Shown: piece by piece, positions 8,131 to 17,238 of the stretch
Numbering within the stretch: the stretch's first letter is position 1
Layout of the letters: the number at the start of each line of letters is the position of its first letter
NCBI GenBank assembly: GCA_963649995.1
Contig: CAVJKI010000001.1
Coordinates: forward strand, 4,802 to 36,938
Length of the DNA: 32,137 nt
Direction of reading: 5' to 3'
Source: Sodaliphilus sp.
GTDB taxonomy: Bacteria > Bacillota > Clostridia > Oscillospirales > Ruminococcaceae
Notes under the pieces: generated by a model
Database searches by the model: none
The model's input: only the letters and a program-made list of their open reading frames with translations
Told to the model about the DNA's origin: nothing
Position numbers and translations under genes: made by a program

Positions 8131-8293
8131 AAGTTGTGTAGCGGCGTGCAAAGCATTTTACAGTAGGCTTATAGTGCTTTTCATTATGAGTATAGTGAAA
8201 AATTACTGTAAACTAACATATCACATTTTTCGTCAAAATGCACAACCAAGAAAAATATTTTGTTGCATTTTTGTTAAATTTCCAATCAAACTA

Positions 8294-8322
8294 TAGACAA
8301 ACGGACAAAAAAGTGTTATAAT
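8294..8322 (+). promoter_or_regulatory. Sigma-A-type promoter
   Basis: TAGACA (8294-8299), 17-bp spacer, TATAAT (8317-8322), with extended TGn. Confidence 0.7.
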
Positions 8323-8384
8323 CAAGGCACATTAAAAGGAAACGCCGCAGCAGACAGCACAGCGCTCCCGGAAAGGACTTAAGT

Positions 8385-9149
8385 ATGAATGAAATAAAAT
8401 TAGGTAAAAAGATCTCCGAAGGTAAAACCGTTGACGTATACGAGAGCGGCGACCTTGCAGTAAAGGTATTCAAGCCCGATGCACCCAAGACAGTAGTTTT
8501 CTATGAGGCATTTATGGATGCCAAGGTTGAAGAAACAGGACTGAATGTTCCTAAGATAAAGGAAGTTGAGCTTATAGACGGCAAGTGGGCAATAGCTACC
8601 GAGCTTATCAAGGGCAAGACGCTTGCACAGCTTATGCAGGAAGAACCCGAAAACTGTGACGGCTATCTTGATGATATGGTAGAGATTCAGCTGGGAATCC
8701 ATGCAAAGAAGGTTACAGGTATTTCAAAGCTTAAGGATAACCTCAGAGCTGAAATTGAGAGCCTTGACGTTATCGACCATATCAAGAGATACGATCTTCT
8801 CACAAGACTTGACAGCACACCCAAGCACATAAAGCTCTGCCACGGCAACTTCGGTCCCGAAAATATAGTTATCACAGATGATAACAAGGTTTACATAGTT
8901 GACTGGATCGGTGCTTCCGCAGGTAACGCCAGTGCAGACGTAGCAAAGACATATCTCAAGCTTGCTCTTTCTTCTACGGAAACAGCAGAGAAGTATCTTA
9001 ATCTGTTCTGCAAAAAGACAAACACTTCAAAGAAATATGTTCAGGAATGGCTTCCTATCATGGCGGCTTCAACACTCGCAAAGGGTGTTACAAGCAAGGA
9101 GGAAAAGGATCTCCTCTTTACATGGCTTGACGTTGTGGACTATTCTTGA
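8385..9149 (+). CDS. APH/choline-kinase-like phosphotransferase family protein, atypical HGN catalytic loop
   Basis: Motifs ISEGKT (Gly loop), AVKVF, LCHGNFGPENI and IVDW. The fold is protein-kinase-like; the substrate is unknown. Confidence 0.8.
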   Translation: MNEIKLGKKISEGKTVDVYESGDLAVKVFKPDAPKTVVFYEAFMDAKVEETGLNVPKIKEVELIDGKWAIATELIKGKTLAQLMQEEPENCDGYLDDMVEIQLGIHAKKVTGISKLKDNLRAEIESLDVIDHIKRYDLLTRLDSTPKHIKLCHGNFGPENIVITDDNKVYIVDWIGASAGNASADVAKTYLKLALSSTETAEKYLNLFCKKTNTSKKYVQEWLPIMAASTLAKGVTSKEEKDLLFTWLDVVDYS

Positions 9150-9173
9150 TGACAGCAGGATAAATGATAATAT

Positions 9174-9200
9174 GCGCCCCGCAAAAGCGGGGTGTTTTTT
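9174..9200 (+). terminator. Intrinsic terminator
   Basis: GCGCCCCGC-AAAA-GCGGGGTGT followed by a T run. Confidence 0.85.
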
Positions 9201-9305
9201 GTTGTCTTGCGGCATTCACGGAGCTTTTATATAGCTAAATCGTCGAAATATCACGGGTAACGGAGCTCTATTTTGAATATTTTCTGAAAATTCGTTACAA
9301 AAGGC

Positions 9306-9334
9306 TTAACATTTGGCACGATTTGTGTTATACT
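9306..9334 (+). promoter_or_regulatory. Sigma-A-type promoter for PBP1A
   Basis: TTAACA (9306-9311), 17-bp spacer, TATACT (9329-9334), with extended TGn. Confidence 0.6.
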
Positions 9335-9423
9335 TACAACATGGTATACTCTGTTACCGGGAACATAACTTTACCTGAAACGGCAATACTAAACTGAATG
9401 ACAAACCTTAAAAGGACGTAAAT

Positions 9424-11811
9424 ATGAGCAAAAACAAAACTCAATATCTTAATGCAGACGCAGAGCTTGAGGAGCGTCCCGTCGGTACTAAGACAACAAA
9501 AAAGAAGAAAAAGCAGAACAAGACGCTTAATACCGTAAAGCACGTTTTCGGCGTTATCGGTACAACTCTGCTCAGCTTATTCATGATAGTGATTATCACC
9601 TGCTGTATCGTGGCGGTCACACTGACGGTATACATCATGCAGTTTGCCGACAGCGCATTTGACGTTGACCTCAAAAACGTCGACCTCAGCTATACAAGCT
9701 TTATCTATGCGAAGAACAGCGCAGGCGAGCAGGTGGAAATAAAGCGCCTGTCGGGTGATGAAAACCGTATCTGGGTTGATATGGAGCAGATACCCAAGCA
9801 TACGCAGGACGCATTCACCGCAGTAGAGGATAAGCGTTTCTATGAGCATGACGGTGTCGACTGGAAAAGAACTGTCCGTGTAACGGTGTCGACCCTGTTC
9901 AACGGCTACGGCGAGGGCGGCTCTACCATAACACAACAGCTGGTAAAGAATATTACAGGCGACGACAGAGTAACTCCCGAACGTAAGATAAGAGAGATAT
10001 TCAGAGCGCTTAACCTTGAAAAGCAGTACACAAAGATCGATATTCTTGAAGCTTATCTAAACCGTGTTCCGCTCGGCGGTACAGTCTACGGTGTAGGCTC
10101 TGCGGCTTACTATTATTTCGGCAAAACGGTAGATCAGCTTACTATTGCTGAAAGCGCCATACTTGCAGGTATGACACGTTCTCCGAGCGTGCTTAATCCT
10201 TACGCTAATCTTGAACGCTCAAAGGAAAGACAGCTTTATGCACTGAAATGTATGTATGATCAGGGTCTTATCACGACTGACGAGTATGAGGCTGCCAAGG
10301 TTGAACAGGTGAAGTTCAGGCTCATCGTCGAGGGCGAGGCTTACGGCTATAAAGATCCCAGATATGACGAGTATTATGGAAACAACGCAAATCAAGACGA
10401 CAACAGCGACCAGTATGACGATGTGGACACATACGAGGCTTATCGCTGGAACGAATATGAAATATCGCAGAACTGGTATGTCGATGCGGCAATCCAGCAG
10501 GTTATCGAGGATATAGCAAAAGCCAAGGGCATGACTTATTCCGAGGCAAAAACCGATCTTTATAAGGGCGGTTACAAGATATATCTTAATATGGATATGG
10601 ATATACAGGATAAGCTTGAAACCTTCTTCAAGGATCCGAACAACTTCTTCTACAGCTATGACAAGACGGCGATAGAGGAAAACTGCGCACAGGCGGCGTT
10701 CGTACTCACCGATTACAGAGGCAATGTTATAGCGCTTGCAGGCGGAATCGGCGACAAGCCCGGCGACGGTTGCTTCAACAGAGCTACACAGGCTATACTG
10801 CCTATCGGTTCGACTATGAAGCCTATCTCGGTTTACGGTCAGGCGATAGATAAGGATATTATCAATTATTCTTCAATGATATTCGACAGATGTATCACTC
10901 TTACAGACGGTACAAGCTGGCCGAGTAACTTTGAAGGCGACTACGGCTCAGGCGGATATATACCTGCATGGTACGCCGTACAGCAGTCAAAAAATACTAC
11001 GGCAGTCCGTATGGCACAGGTACTCGGAATAGATACCTGCTTCAACTTCCTTACGGATAAGCTCAACATCACAACGCTTGATTATACCTATGATAAGGCA
11101 TACTCGCCCATTGCTCTGGGTCAGCTCACACAGGGTATGACGCTTCTTGAGCTTGCGGGTGCATATCAGATATTCGGCTCAGGCGGCGTATATTATGAAC
11201 CCAAGCTTTACAATCTTATCACCGACTATAACGACAAGGTCGTTATCGAGCAGGAGCCTTTAGGCAACAGAGTCATGGAAAGCGACAGTGCGTATATTAC
11301 GAACAGACTGCTTAAAGCAGTTACGGATACAACGAACGGCTCAGGTCGATATGCTAAGATCGACGGTATTGAGGTTGTCGGCAAGACAGGTACTTCAAAC
11401 GATGAACGTGTACTTGCATTCGCAGGTCTTACGGCAGATTACTGCGGCGTTATAAGACTGGGCTTTGACGATAACAAGAACATCGGTACGACTAACTATA
11501 TTTATCTTGCACAGGTATGGCATAACTTCATGGTGAATATTGTGAACGATGATTCAACAAATACGTTTGCCAAGGACGCAAATGTTGTTGAAAAGAAGTA
11601 CTGCACCGAAACGGGACTTCTTGCAACGTCAAAGTGTCCGAATACCGCTGTAGGCTATTATAAGGCTGACAATCTTCCCAAGACCTGTGATTCTACCCAC
11701 AAGGACGGCGAGTATGTGAAAAAGCACGGCGGTGAAACCTTGCTTATACCTGACTGGAGCGCACAGAAATCAGACGACAACACGAGCAGTACAAGCTCAA
11801 ATTCAAACTGA
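9424..11811 (+). CDS. Class A penicillin-binding protein (PBP1A family, transglycosylase-transpeptidase)
   Basis: N-terminal TM helix. GT51 motifs EDKRF, GGSTITQQL, RKIRE. Transpeptidase motifs STMK (SxxK), SKN (SxN), KTGT. Confidence 0.95.
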   Translation: MSKNKTQYLNADAELEERPVGTKTTKKKKKQNKTLNTVKHVFGVIGTTLLSLFMIVIITCCIVAVTLTVYIMQFADSAFDVDLKNVDLSYTSFIYAKNSAGEQVEIKRLSGDENRIWVDMEQIPKHTQDAFTAVEDKRFYEHDGVDWKRTVRVTVSTLFNGYGEGGSTITQQLVKNITGDDRVTPERKIREIFRALNLEKQYTKIDILEAYLNRVPLGGTVYGVGSAAYYYFGKTVDQLTIAESAILAGMTRSPSVLNPYANLERSKERQLYALKCMYDQGLITTDEYEAAKVEQVKFRLIVEGEAYGYKDPRYDEYYGNNANQDDNSDQYDDVDTYEAYRWNEYEISQNWYVDAAIQQVIEDIAKAKGMTYSEAKTDLYKGGYKIYLNMDMDIQDKLETFFKDPNNFFYSYDKTAIEENCAQAAFVLTDYRGNVIALAGGIGDKPGDGCFNRATQAILPIGSTMKPISVYGQAIDKDIINYSSMIFDRCITLTDGTSWPSNFEGDYGSGGYIPAWYAVQQSKNTTAVRMAQVLGIDTCFNFLTDKLNITTLDYTYDKAYSPIALGQLTQGMTLLELAGAYQIFGSGGVYYEPKLYNLITDYNDKVVIEQEPLGNRVMESDSAYITNRLLKAVTDTTNGSGRYAKIDGIEVVGKTGTSNDERVLAFAGLTADYCGVIRLGFDDNKNIGTTNYIYLAQVWHNFMVNIVNDDSTNTFAKDANVVEKKYCTETGLLATSKCPNTAVGYYKADNLPKTCDSTHKDGEYVKKHGGETLLIPDWSAQKSDDNTSSTSSNSN

Positions 11812-11879
11812 GGAAATTTAACATTGACAGCGGCCTATACTTATATAAGCCGCTGTTTTGATGAAAGGATAATTTATTT

Positions 11880-12998
11880 ATGACATTCAGACTTACGGCC
11901 CCCTGCCACTTCGGACTTGAAAAGACGCTTTCGTTTGAGGTGCGTAAAATAGGCGGCGAGGATATAGCCGTATCGGACGGACGTGTTACGTTTACGGGTG
12001 ACGAGCGTGTGCTTATAAGAGCCAATATGTGCCTGTCGACCGCAGAACGTGTGGGAATACTGCTTTCTGAGTTCAAAGCGAGGACTTTTGAGGAGCTGTT
12101 CCAAGGGGTAAAGGCTATTCCGATAGAAAAGTATGTCGGAAAATTCGACAAGTTTCCGATAAAGGGCTTCAGCCTGAATTCCAAGCTGACAAGCGTTCCT
12201 GCCTGCCAGAAGATAATCAAGAAGGCTATGGTCGAGCGCATGAAAAGTGTGTACAAAATCGGCTACTTCCAGGAAACCGAGGCATTGTTCCAGTTCCGTT
12301 TTTCCATAATGAAAGATAACGTCACCATGACGCTTGATACATCGGGAGAGGGACTTCACAAGAGGGGCTACCGCCGTTTTTCAAACGCCGCACCTATAAA
12401 GGAAACGCTTGCCGCAGGCATAGCCGACCTTGCGAGAATAAGAGACAACGATATTATCTGCGACCCGTTCTGCGGAAGCGGCACATTGCTTATAGAAAGT
12501 GCGCTGAAAGCGCTTAATATTCCGCCTTGCCTTGACAGGGAGTTTACGGCAATGCAGTGGGAGTTTCTGCCGAAAAAGCTGTGGGACGAGGAAAGAGAGG
12601 CGCTCAGAGCCAACATAAGAAAGCCCGATAATTTCAGGCTTTACGGCTTTGATATAGACCCCGAAGCGGTAAGACTTACCCGTGACAATGCGGCTAAGGC
12701 GGGTGTGGGTGAATATATACAGGTTGAACAGCGTGATGTTGCGGATTTTATATATCCAGACGGCTGTACCGTTGTACTTTGTAATCCTCCTTACGGCGAG
12801 CGTATGCTTGACGAGGAACAGGCGCATGAGCTGTATAAGGTCATGGGTGAGAGAATGCTCCCGACAGACGGCAGAAGATTGTTTGTCATTACTCCCGACG
12901 GAGAGTTTGAGGAGCTGTTCGGTAAGAAGGCGGATAAGAACAGAAAGCTGTATAACGGTATGCTTATGTGCAGACTGTACAGCTATTTCAAAGGTTGA
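11880..12998 (+). CDS. THUMP-domain SAM-dependent RNA methyltransferase (RlmL/YpsC-like)
   Basis: Motifs LDTSGEGLHKRGYR, APIKETLAA, DPFCGSGT, CNPPYGER. Confidence 0.92.
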   Translation: MTFRLTAPCHFGLEKTLSFEVRKIGGEDIAVSDGRVTFTGDERVLIRANMCLSTAERVGILLSEFKARTFEELFQGVKAIPIEKYVGKFDKFPIKGFSLNSKLTSVPACQKIIKKAMVERMKSVYKIGYFQETEALFQFRFSIMKDNVTMTLDTSGEGLHKRGYRRFSNAAPIKETLAAGIADLARIRDNDIICDPFCGSGTLLIESALKALNIPPCLDREFTAMQWEFLPKKLWDEEREALRANIRKPDNFRLYGFDIDPEAVRLTRDNAAKAGVGEYIQVEQRDVADFIYPDGCTVVLCNPPYGERMLDEEQAHELYKVMGERMLPTDGRRLFVITPDGEFEELFGKKADKNRKLYNGMLMCRLYSYFKG

Positions 12999-13014
12999 TA
13001 AGGCTTATGTGATC

Positions 13015-13048
13015 AAGCGGTATGCCATACATTTGGCATACCGCTTTT
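13015..13048 (+). terminator. Intrinsic terminator
   Basis: AAGCGGTATGCCA-TACATT-TGGCATACCGCTT followed by TT. Confidence 0.85.
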
Positions 13049-13184
13049 GTGTTGTGGATATTGTCAAAATAACGTAACTGTTATTTGTCTAATATGTCAA
13101 TAGAATATATGACAAGATTGCGATATACTTATAACAAACAAAGTGCTTTGTCGATCGATTAATTTTTATGCTTAGGAGGATTAA

Positions 13185-13774
13185 ATGAAATTATTCAAAA
13201 AATATTTGCAACAATAATAGCATTTTTGACTATTACTGTAGCGTTATCCCAGAGTGTTTTTGCAACGGCTAATTATTCTTATAGCGTATCAATGCTGAAC
13301 GATATGAACGATAATATTTCTAAAGATGGTTTTGTACTCATGAGCGAGAATCAGTACAAAGAAAATGGCTACATAATTACAGACCGAGTATACACAAAAG
13401 AAACTGAAGTTTCACCTATGAGCAAAAGCGGTTCACGAACAGTTAGACACGAAAAAGATATTGCTGCTGACAGCGGTGACAAAGAATTACTCTATACGTT
13501 TTACGTGAGTGGTTTTTTTAAGTGGAATCTGGATAATGATACAGTAACTGTTTCTAATGTCTCTAAAGGATATACAAGTTATATATCCGGTACATATCCA
13601 AAAGTGGTTTCGAGTACTACAGAATATAAGAGTAATCAAGGTGCAACATTTTTGCTTGGTAATAAATATGCGTATGCTAAGCATATACTTGTTTTGCAGA
13701 ACGCATTTGGTTCTCAGTCTACCTACACGGTATATGTAGATGTTAATGTAAGGGGTATTTCAACGAAATCATAA
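13185..13774 (+). pseudogene. Secreted protein of unknown function, frameshifted at an A6 tract (phase-variable, pseudogene or assembly error)
   Basis: AGGAGG SD and ATG 13185 read MKLFKKYLQQ* as written. Adding one A to the A6 run (13197-13202) gives the signal peptide MKLFKKIFATIIAFLTITVALSQSVFA, in frame with the 13226-13774 ORF. Confidence 0.75.
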
Positions 13775-13793
13775 AATGTTAGGAGGTATCACC

Positions 13794-14192
13794 ATGAAAA
13801 TTTTCAGATCAATCGTTTCCGCAATCGTTGCCGCCGCAGGCGTATGGCTCTGCGTGGCACAGGACACTATGCCGGACAGACTTGACTTCTATATCTATTC
13901 GGCTTGTGCATCATTACTTATCACATTGGCTGTCGCTTTCGGCATTTTCACCTTTATAAAGCACAGCTTCGGACGTGTTATCGGTGTTACTGCGGTCGTG
14001 AATGTTGCTATTTGTATATTCCACGCATTCAAGTACCCGTATAACGTGATGAATGTCGGCGGCTTTGCGTCGCACATGGAATGGTTTGTTTCAGTGTTGC
14101 CGTATAATCTTCTTGTCGCCGTGGGCGTAAGCGCAGTGTGCTTACTCGGATATAAGATGATCAACACTCAGCGCAGTAAAACAGCAGTATAA
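13794..14192 (+). CDS. Small integral membrane protein (about 4 TM), unknown function
   Basis: AGGAGG SD at 13781, ATG 13794, four hydrophobic segments, followed by a terminator. Confidence 0.75.
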   Translation: MKIFRSIVSAIVAAAGVWLCVAQDTMPDRLDFYIYSACASLLITLAVAFGIFTFIKHSFGRVIGVTAVVNVAICIFHAFKYPYNVMNVGGFASHMEWFVSVLPYNLLVAVGVSAVCLLGYKMINTQRSKTAV

Positions 14193-14204
14193 AAATGATA
14201 TTTC

Positions 14205-14236
14205 CGACAGCCGCAGATTTGCGGCTGTTGTTTTTT
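14205..14236 (+). terminator. Intrinsic terminator
   Basis: CGACAGCCGCA-GATT-TGCGGCTGTTG followed by TTTTTT. Confidence 0.85.
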
Positions 14237-14367
14237 GTAACCCGTTTTAATTAGATTGTAACCGTAACAAAAGTAAAAACTGTAACCCGGAACGTGTAAA
14301 AAATTACACGAGATTTGTATAAAGTTACAAAAAACTCTGTCATAAAGGCGAAAATTAGGTGTTATTG

Positions 14368-14396
14368 TTGACTTTAACGCCGAAATAATGTAAAAT
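14368..14396 (+). promoter_or_regulatory. Sigma-A-type promoter for the EAL-HDOD gene
   Basis: TTGACT (14368-14373), 17-bp spacer, TAAAAT (14391-14396). AAGGAG SD follows. Confidence 0.7.
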
Positions 14397-14424
14397 TAAC
14401 AAATAAAGATTAAAAACGAAGGAG

Positions 14425-15654
14425 ATGATCTCTGTGGAGAATGTATTTTTTGCACGTCAGCCCATACTTGATGTGAATAACAATACTTATGGCTACGAGC
14501 TGCTTTACAGAAATCAGCCCGGAGTAAACGCATATACGGGAAACAACGGTGATGTAAGCACAGCAGATGTAATCAACAACGCATTTTTTGTCGATAATAT
14601 AACAAGCGTTCTAGGCGGTAAAAAAGCATTCGTCAATTTTACCGGCAACCTCATAAAAAGAGGCGTTCCCAAGATGATTTCAAGCGATATTCTTGTAGTT
14701 GAGCTGCTTGAAAGCGTTATGGCGGACGCAGAGATAGTAAGACGCTGTATAGAGCTTAAGAAGCTGGGCTATCTGCTGGCGCTTGACGACTATGAATACG
14801 GTGAAAATACGAAAGCGTTGTTTGAGCTTGCCGATATAGTAAAGCTTGACTTCCACACCTCAAGGGAGGCAGTGGAACGCACAGCGGAAAAGTGTATCAC
14901 ATATAATAAGATAATGCTTGCCGAAAAGGTGGAAACACAGCTTGAGGTCGAATATGCAAAGAGGCTCGGCTGTACGTATATGCAGGGCTATTTCTTTGCA
15001 AAGCCGTTGCTGATGACGCACAGGACGAACACGCCCATGGCGAAGACGTTCCTTCATATACTGGGTCTTGTGTATTCACCCGAGCCCGATTATGAGGAAA
15101 TAGCGGCGGTAATCTCAACGGACGTTGTTCTGACAATACGGCTTCTGAGGCTTATAAACGTAATGTACGGAAGTACGGGGAACAAGATTTCCACTATTCA
15201 TCAGGCACTTGTCCTGCTTGGCTTTGAAAAGCTGAAGGAATGGATATACCTTGTCGGACTGCAAAGGCTTCATAAGGATACTCCCGACGAGCTGATAAGG
15301 CTTGCTCTGTTCAGGGCGAAGTTCTGCGAAAGCGTTTCCAAGGTAATGCCGGGACAGTACATACACAGGAAAGAAATGTACCTTATGGGTCTTATGTCGG
15401 TAGTGGCGGGTACGACCGATGAGCGTGATATAGGAAACGTCATGAAGGAGCTGCCTGTAACAGATGAGATAAAGAACGGTCTGCTCGGTGCAGACGGACT
15501 TTTCGGAGATGTGTTCAGACTGGTCGTTGACTACGAACACGCAAACTGGGATAAGGTAGAGGAGTTTGTAAAGAAGTACAATGTCGATGCACAACAGCTT
15601 GCAAACGAATATGTACAGTGCGTCAGATTCATGCAACAGTTTTATATCAGTTAA
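14425..15654 (+). CDS. EAL-HDOD c-di-GMP phosphodiesterase (YuxH/PdeH-like)
   Basis: Motifs ARQPI, GYELLYR, AFVNF, LALDDY, LAEKVET, QGYFFAKP. The C-terminal region is HDOD-like (LRLIN...ISTIHQALVLLG). Confidence 0.9.
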   Translation: MISVENVFFARQPILDVNNNTYGYELLYRNQPGVNAYTGNNGDVSTADVINNAFFVDNITSVLGGKKAFVNFTGNLIKRGVPKMISSDILVVELLESVMADAEIVRRCIELKKLGYLLALDDYEYGENTKALFELADIVKLDFHTSREAVERTAEKCITYNKIMLAEKVETQLEVEYAKRLGCTYMQGYFFAKPLLMTHRTNTPMAKTFLHILGLVYSPEPDYEEIAAVISTDVVLTIRLLRLINVMYGSTGNKISTIHQALVLLGFEKLKEWIYLVGLQRLHKDTPDELIRLALFRAKFCESVSKVMPGQYIHRKEMYLMGLMSVVAGTTDERDIGNVMKELPVTDEIKNGLLGADGLFGDVFRLVVDYEHANWDKVEEFVKKYNVDAQQLANEYVQCVRFMQQFYIS

Positions 15655-15730
15655 GATTTGCTAAGCCGCTGTCTGCGACTTTTGCTTTTTAAAACATATT
15701 AATTCATTTGCGCAAAGACGGAGGGATAAC

Positions 15731-17098
15731 ATGGCTGGAAATAAATGTGCCGCAGCATCAGAGCCTTCAAGCAGAGATCTGAGTGAACTGAAAAATCGTT
15801 TCAAGCCGGGGTACGACTGGGAAACGATATACTCCACCATGCTGGATCATCTTATGTGCGGAGTAGCAATATATGAGCTTTGCCCCGACAAAGTAAGGTC
15901 ATTGTATTTCAACGAAAGATACTATGAAGTGGTGGGCTATACAAAGGAGCAGTATGAGCAGTATGCTGACAGCGTGACATCATCGCTGTACGATGAGTCG
16001 GCTCAGCTTATATTTGAAAAGGGCTTTCATTCGGCTCAGACGGGGGAAACGTTCTATGCAGAATGTAAAGGAAAGAGATTTGACGGCAGTGATATATGGG
16101 TGCTTATAAAGGCGAGAACGGTTGACTTTATAGTAAGCGAGCATCCCATATTCCTTGCGATAGTCCAGGATATGACAAGCAAAAAGCTTGCCGAATATGA
16201 AAATGCGGTGAATCTTGAGCGCTACAGAATACTGGAGGCGACCTCAAATGCAGTTACATTTGAATATGATGTTCCGGGAGATGTTATGACATTCTTCTAC
16301 GGAAACGGCAGTAAAGGCAACGCCGCTTCCTCCGACCGCTCGATAAGTAATTACACAGAGGTATCCAAGCGCACGCAGATAGTTTATCCCGAGGACGCTC
16401 CTAAGTTTTATAAGGCGCTTAAAATTGCCTGTAAGGAGCCTGTGAGCTGTCTTATACTCGATTACAGGTCGACTATTATAGACCAGAACAGCTATCGCTG
16501 GGTAAAGACCTGTTATTCAAGCATTGCCGACGCAAGCGGACGGGTCGTCAAGGTTTTGGGCAGAACTCAGGACATAGACGATGAAAAGCGGGAGCATCAG
16601 AGAATGGCACAGCTTGTCGAGCTTGACAGCACAACGGGACTGCTCAATAAGCTGGCAATAACCAATCACATACAGCGGCTGATCGACGAAAAGACGCAGG
16701 CAAAAAGCTTTTTTGTAATGCTTGATATTGATGATTTTAAGCTGTTCAATGACACATACGGTCACAGCTTCGGCGACGAGGTGCTGGCGGCGGTCGGTAA
16801 ATCGCTGTCAAAGAGAATCCCCGATTCGGTTATAGGCAGATTCGGCGGCGACGAATTTATCGTTTTTGCAAGGGCGGTAAACGAATCGGTGATAGTGGAT
16901 AATTTTGAGGACTTCCTTAAAACGGTCAGAAATACCGAAATAAAGGGAAAACTGTACGATATAAAGTGCAGTATCGGCATAGCATGGAGCGACAGCAACG
17001 ATATTTGCTATTCAAAGTACTTTGACGAGGCTGATGAACAGCTTTATAAGGCTAAAAAGTCAGGAAAATGCCGTATATGTCACAAGAAAATCGTCTGA
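15731..17098 (+). CDS. PAS-domain diguanylate cyclase (GGDEF)
   Basis: Motifs DSTTGLLN, LDIDDFKLFNDTYGHSFGD, GRFGGDEF, ADEQLYKAK. Two PAS-like segments lie N-terminally and no TM helix is evident. Confidence 0.92.
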   Translation: MAGNKCAAASEPSSRDLSELKNRFKPGYDWETIYSTMLDHLMCGVAIYELCPDKVRSLYFNERYYEVVGYTKEQYEQYADSVTSSLYDESAQLIFEKGFHSAQTGETFYAECKGKRFDGSDIWVLIKARTVDFIVSEHPIFLAIVQDMTSKKLAEYENAVNLERYRILEATSNAVTFEYDVPGDVMTFFYGNGSKGNAASSDRSISNYTEVSKRTQIVYPEDAPKFYKALKIACKEPVSCLILDYRSTIIDQNSYRWVKTCYSSIADASGRVVKVLGRTQDIDDEKREHQRMAQLVELDSTTGLLNKLAITNHIQRLIDEKTQAKSFFVMLDIDDFKLFNDTYGHSFGDEVLAAVGKSLSKRIPDSVIGRFGGDEFIVFARAVNESVIVDNFEDFLKTVRNTEIKGKLYDIKCSIGIAWSDSNDICYSKYFDEADEQLYKAKKSGKCRICHKKIV

Positions 17099-17154
17099 AA
17101 TCTGTAAAAACAGCCCTGAACGGCTTGTTTTACGGTAAAATGACATAATTTTGC

Positions 17155-17183
17155 TTGACAACGGGCATAATGTGTGGTATACT
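17155..17183 (+). promoter_or_regulatory. Sigma-A promoter of the rimP-nusA-infB operon
   Basis: TTGACA (17155-17160), 17-bp spacer, TATACT (17178-17183), with extended TGn. Confidence 0.85.
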
Positions 17184-17203
17184 TACTTAAAGTAGAATAT
17201 GGT

Positions 17204-17238
17204 AGGCTAAAGACTGAGTTCATCTCGGTCTTTAGCTT
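17204..17238 (+). promoter_or_regulatory. Leader hairpin of the rimP operon (possible weak attenuator)
   Basis: 15-bp stem AGGCTAAAGACTGAG-TTCAT-CTCGGTCTTTAGCTT (with G-U pairs), followed by ATATATA, between promoter and SD. Confidence 0.6.

Noticed and set aside
7188..8151. ORFs 7188-8051, 7819-8151 and 7877-8086
   Set aside because: They are antisense to dtd or lie within the hairpin element, and have no recognisable motif.
8190..8290. Rex operator upstream of the kinase-like gene
   Set aside because: Only a half-site (TTGTTAA) matches; the second arm does not fit the palindrome.
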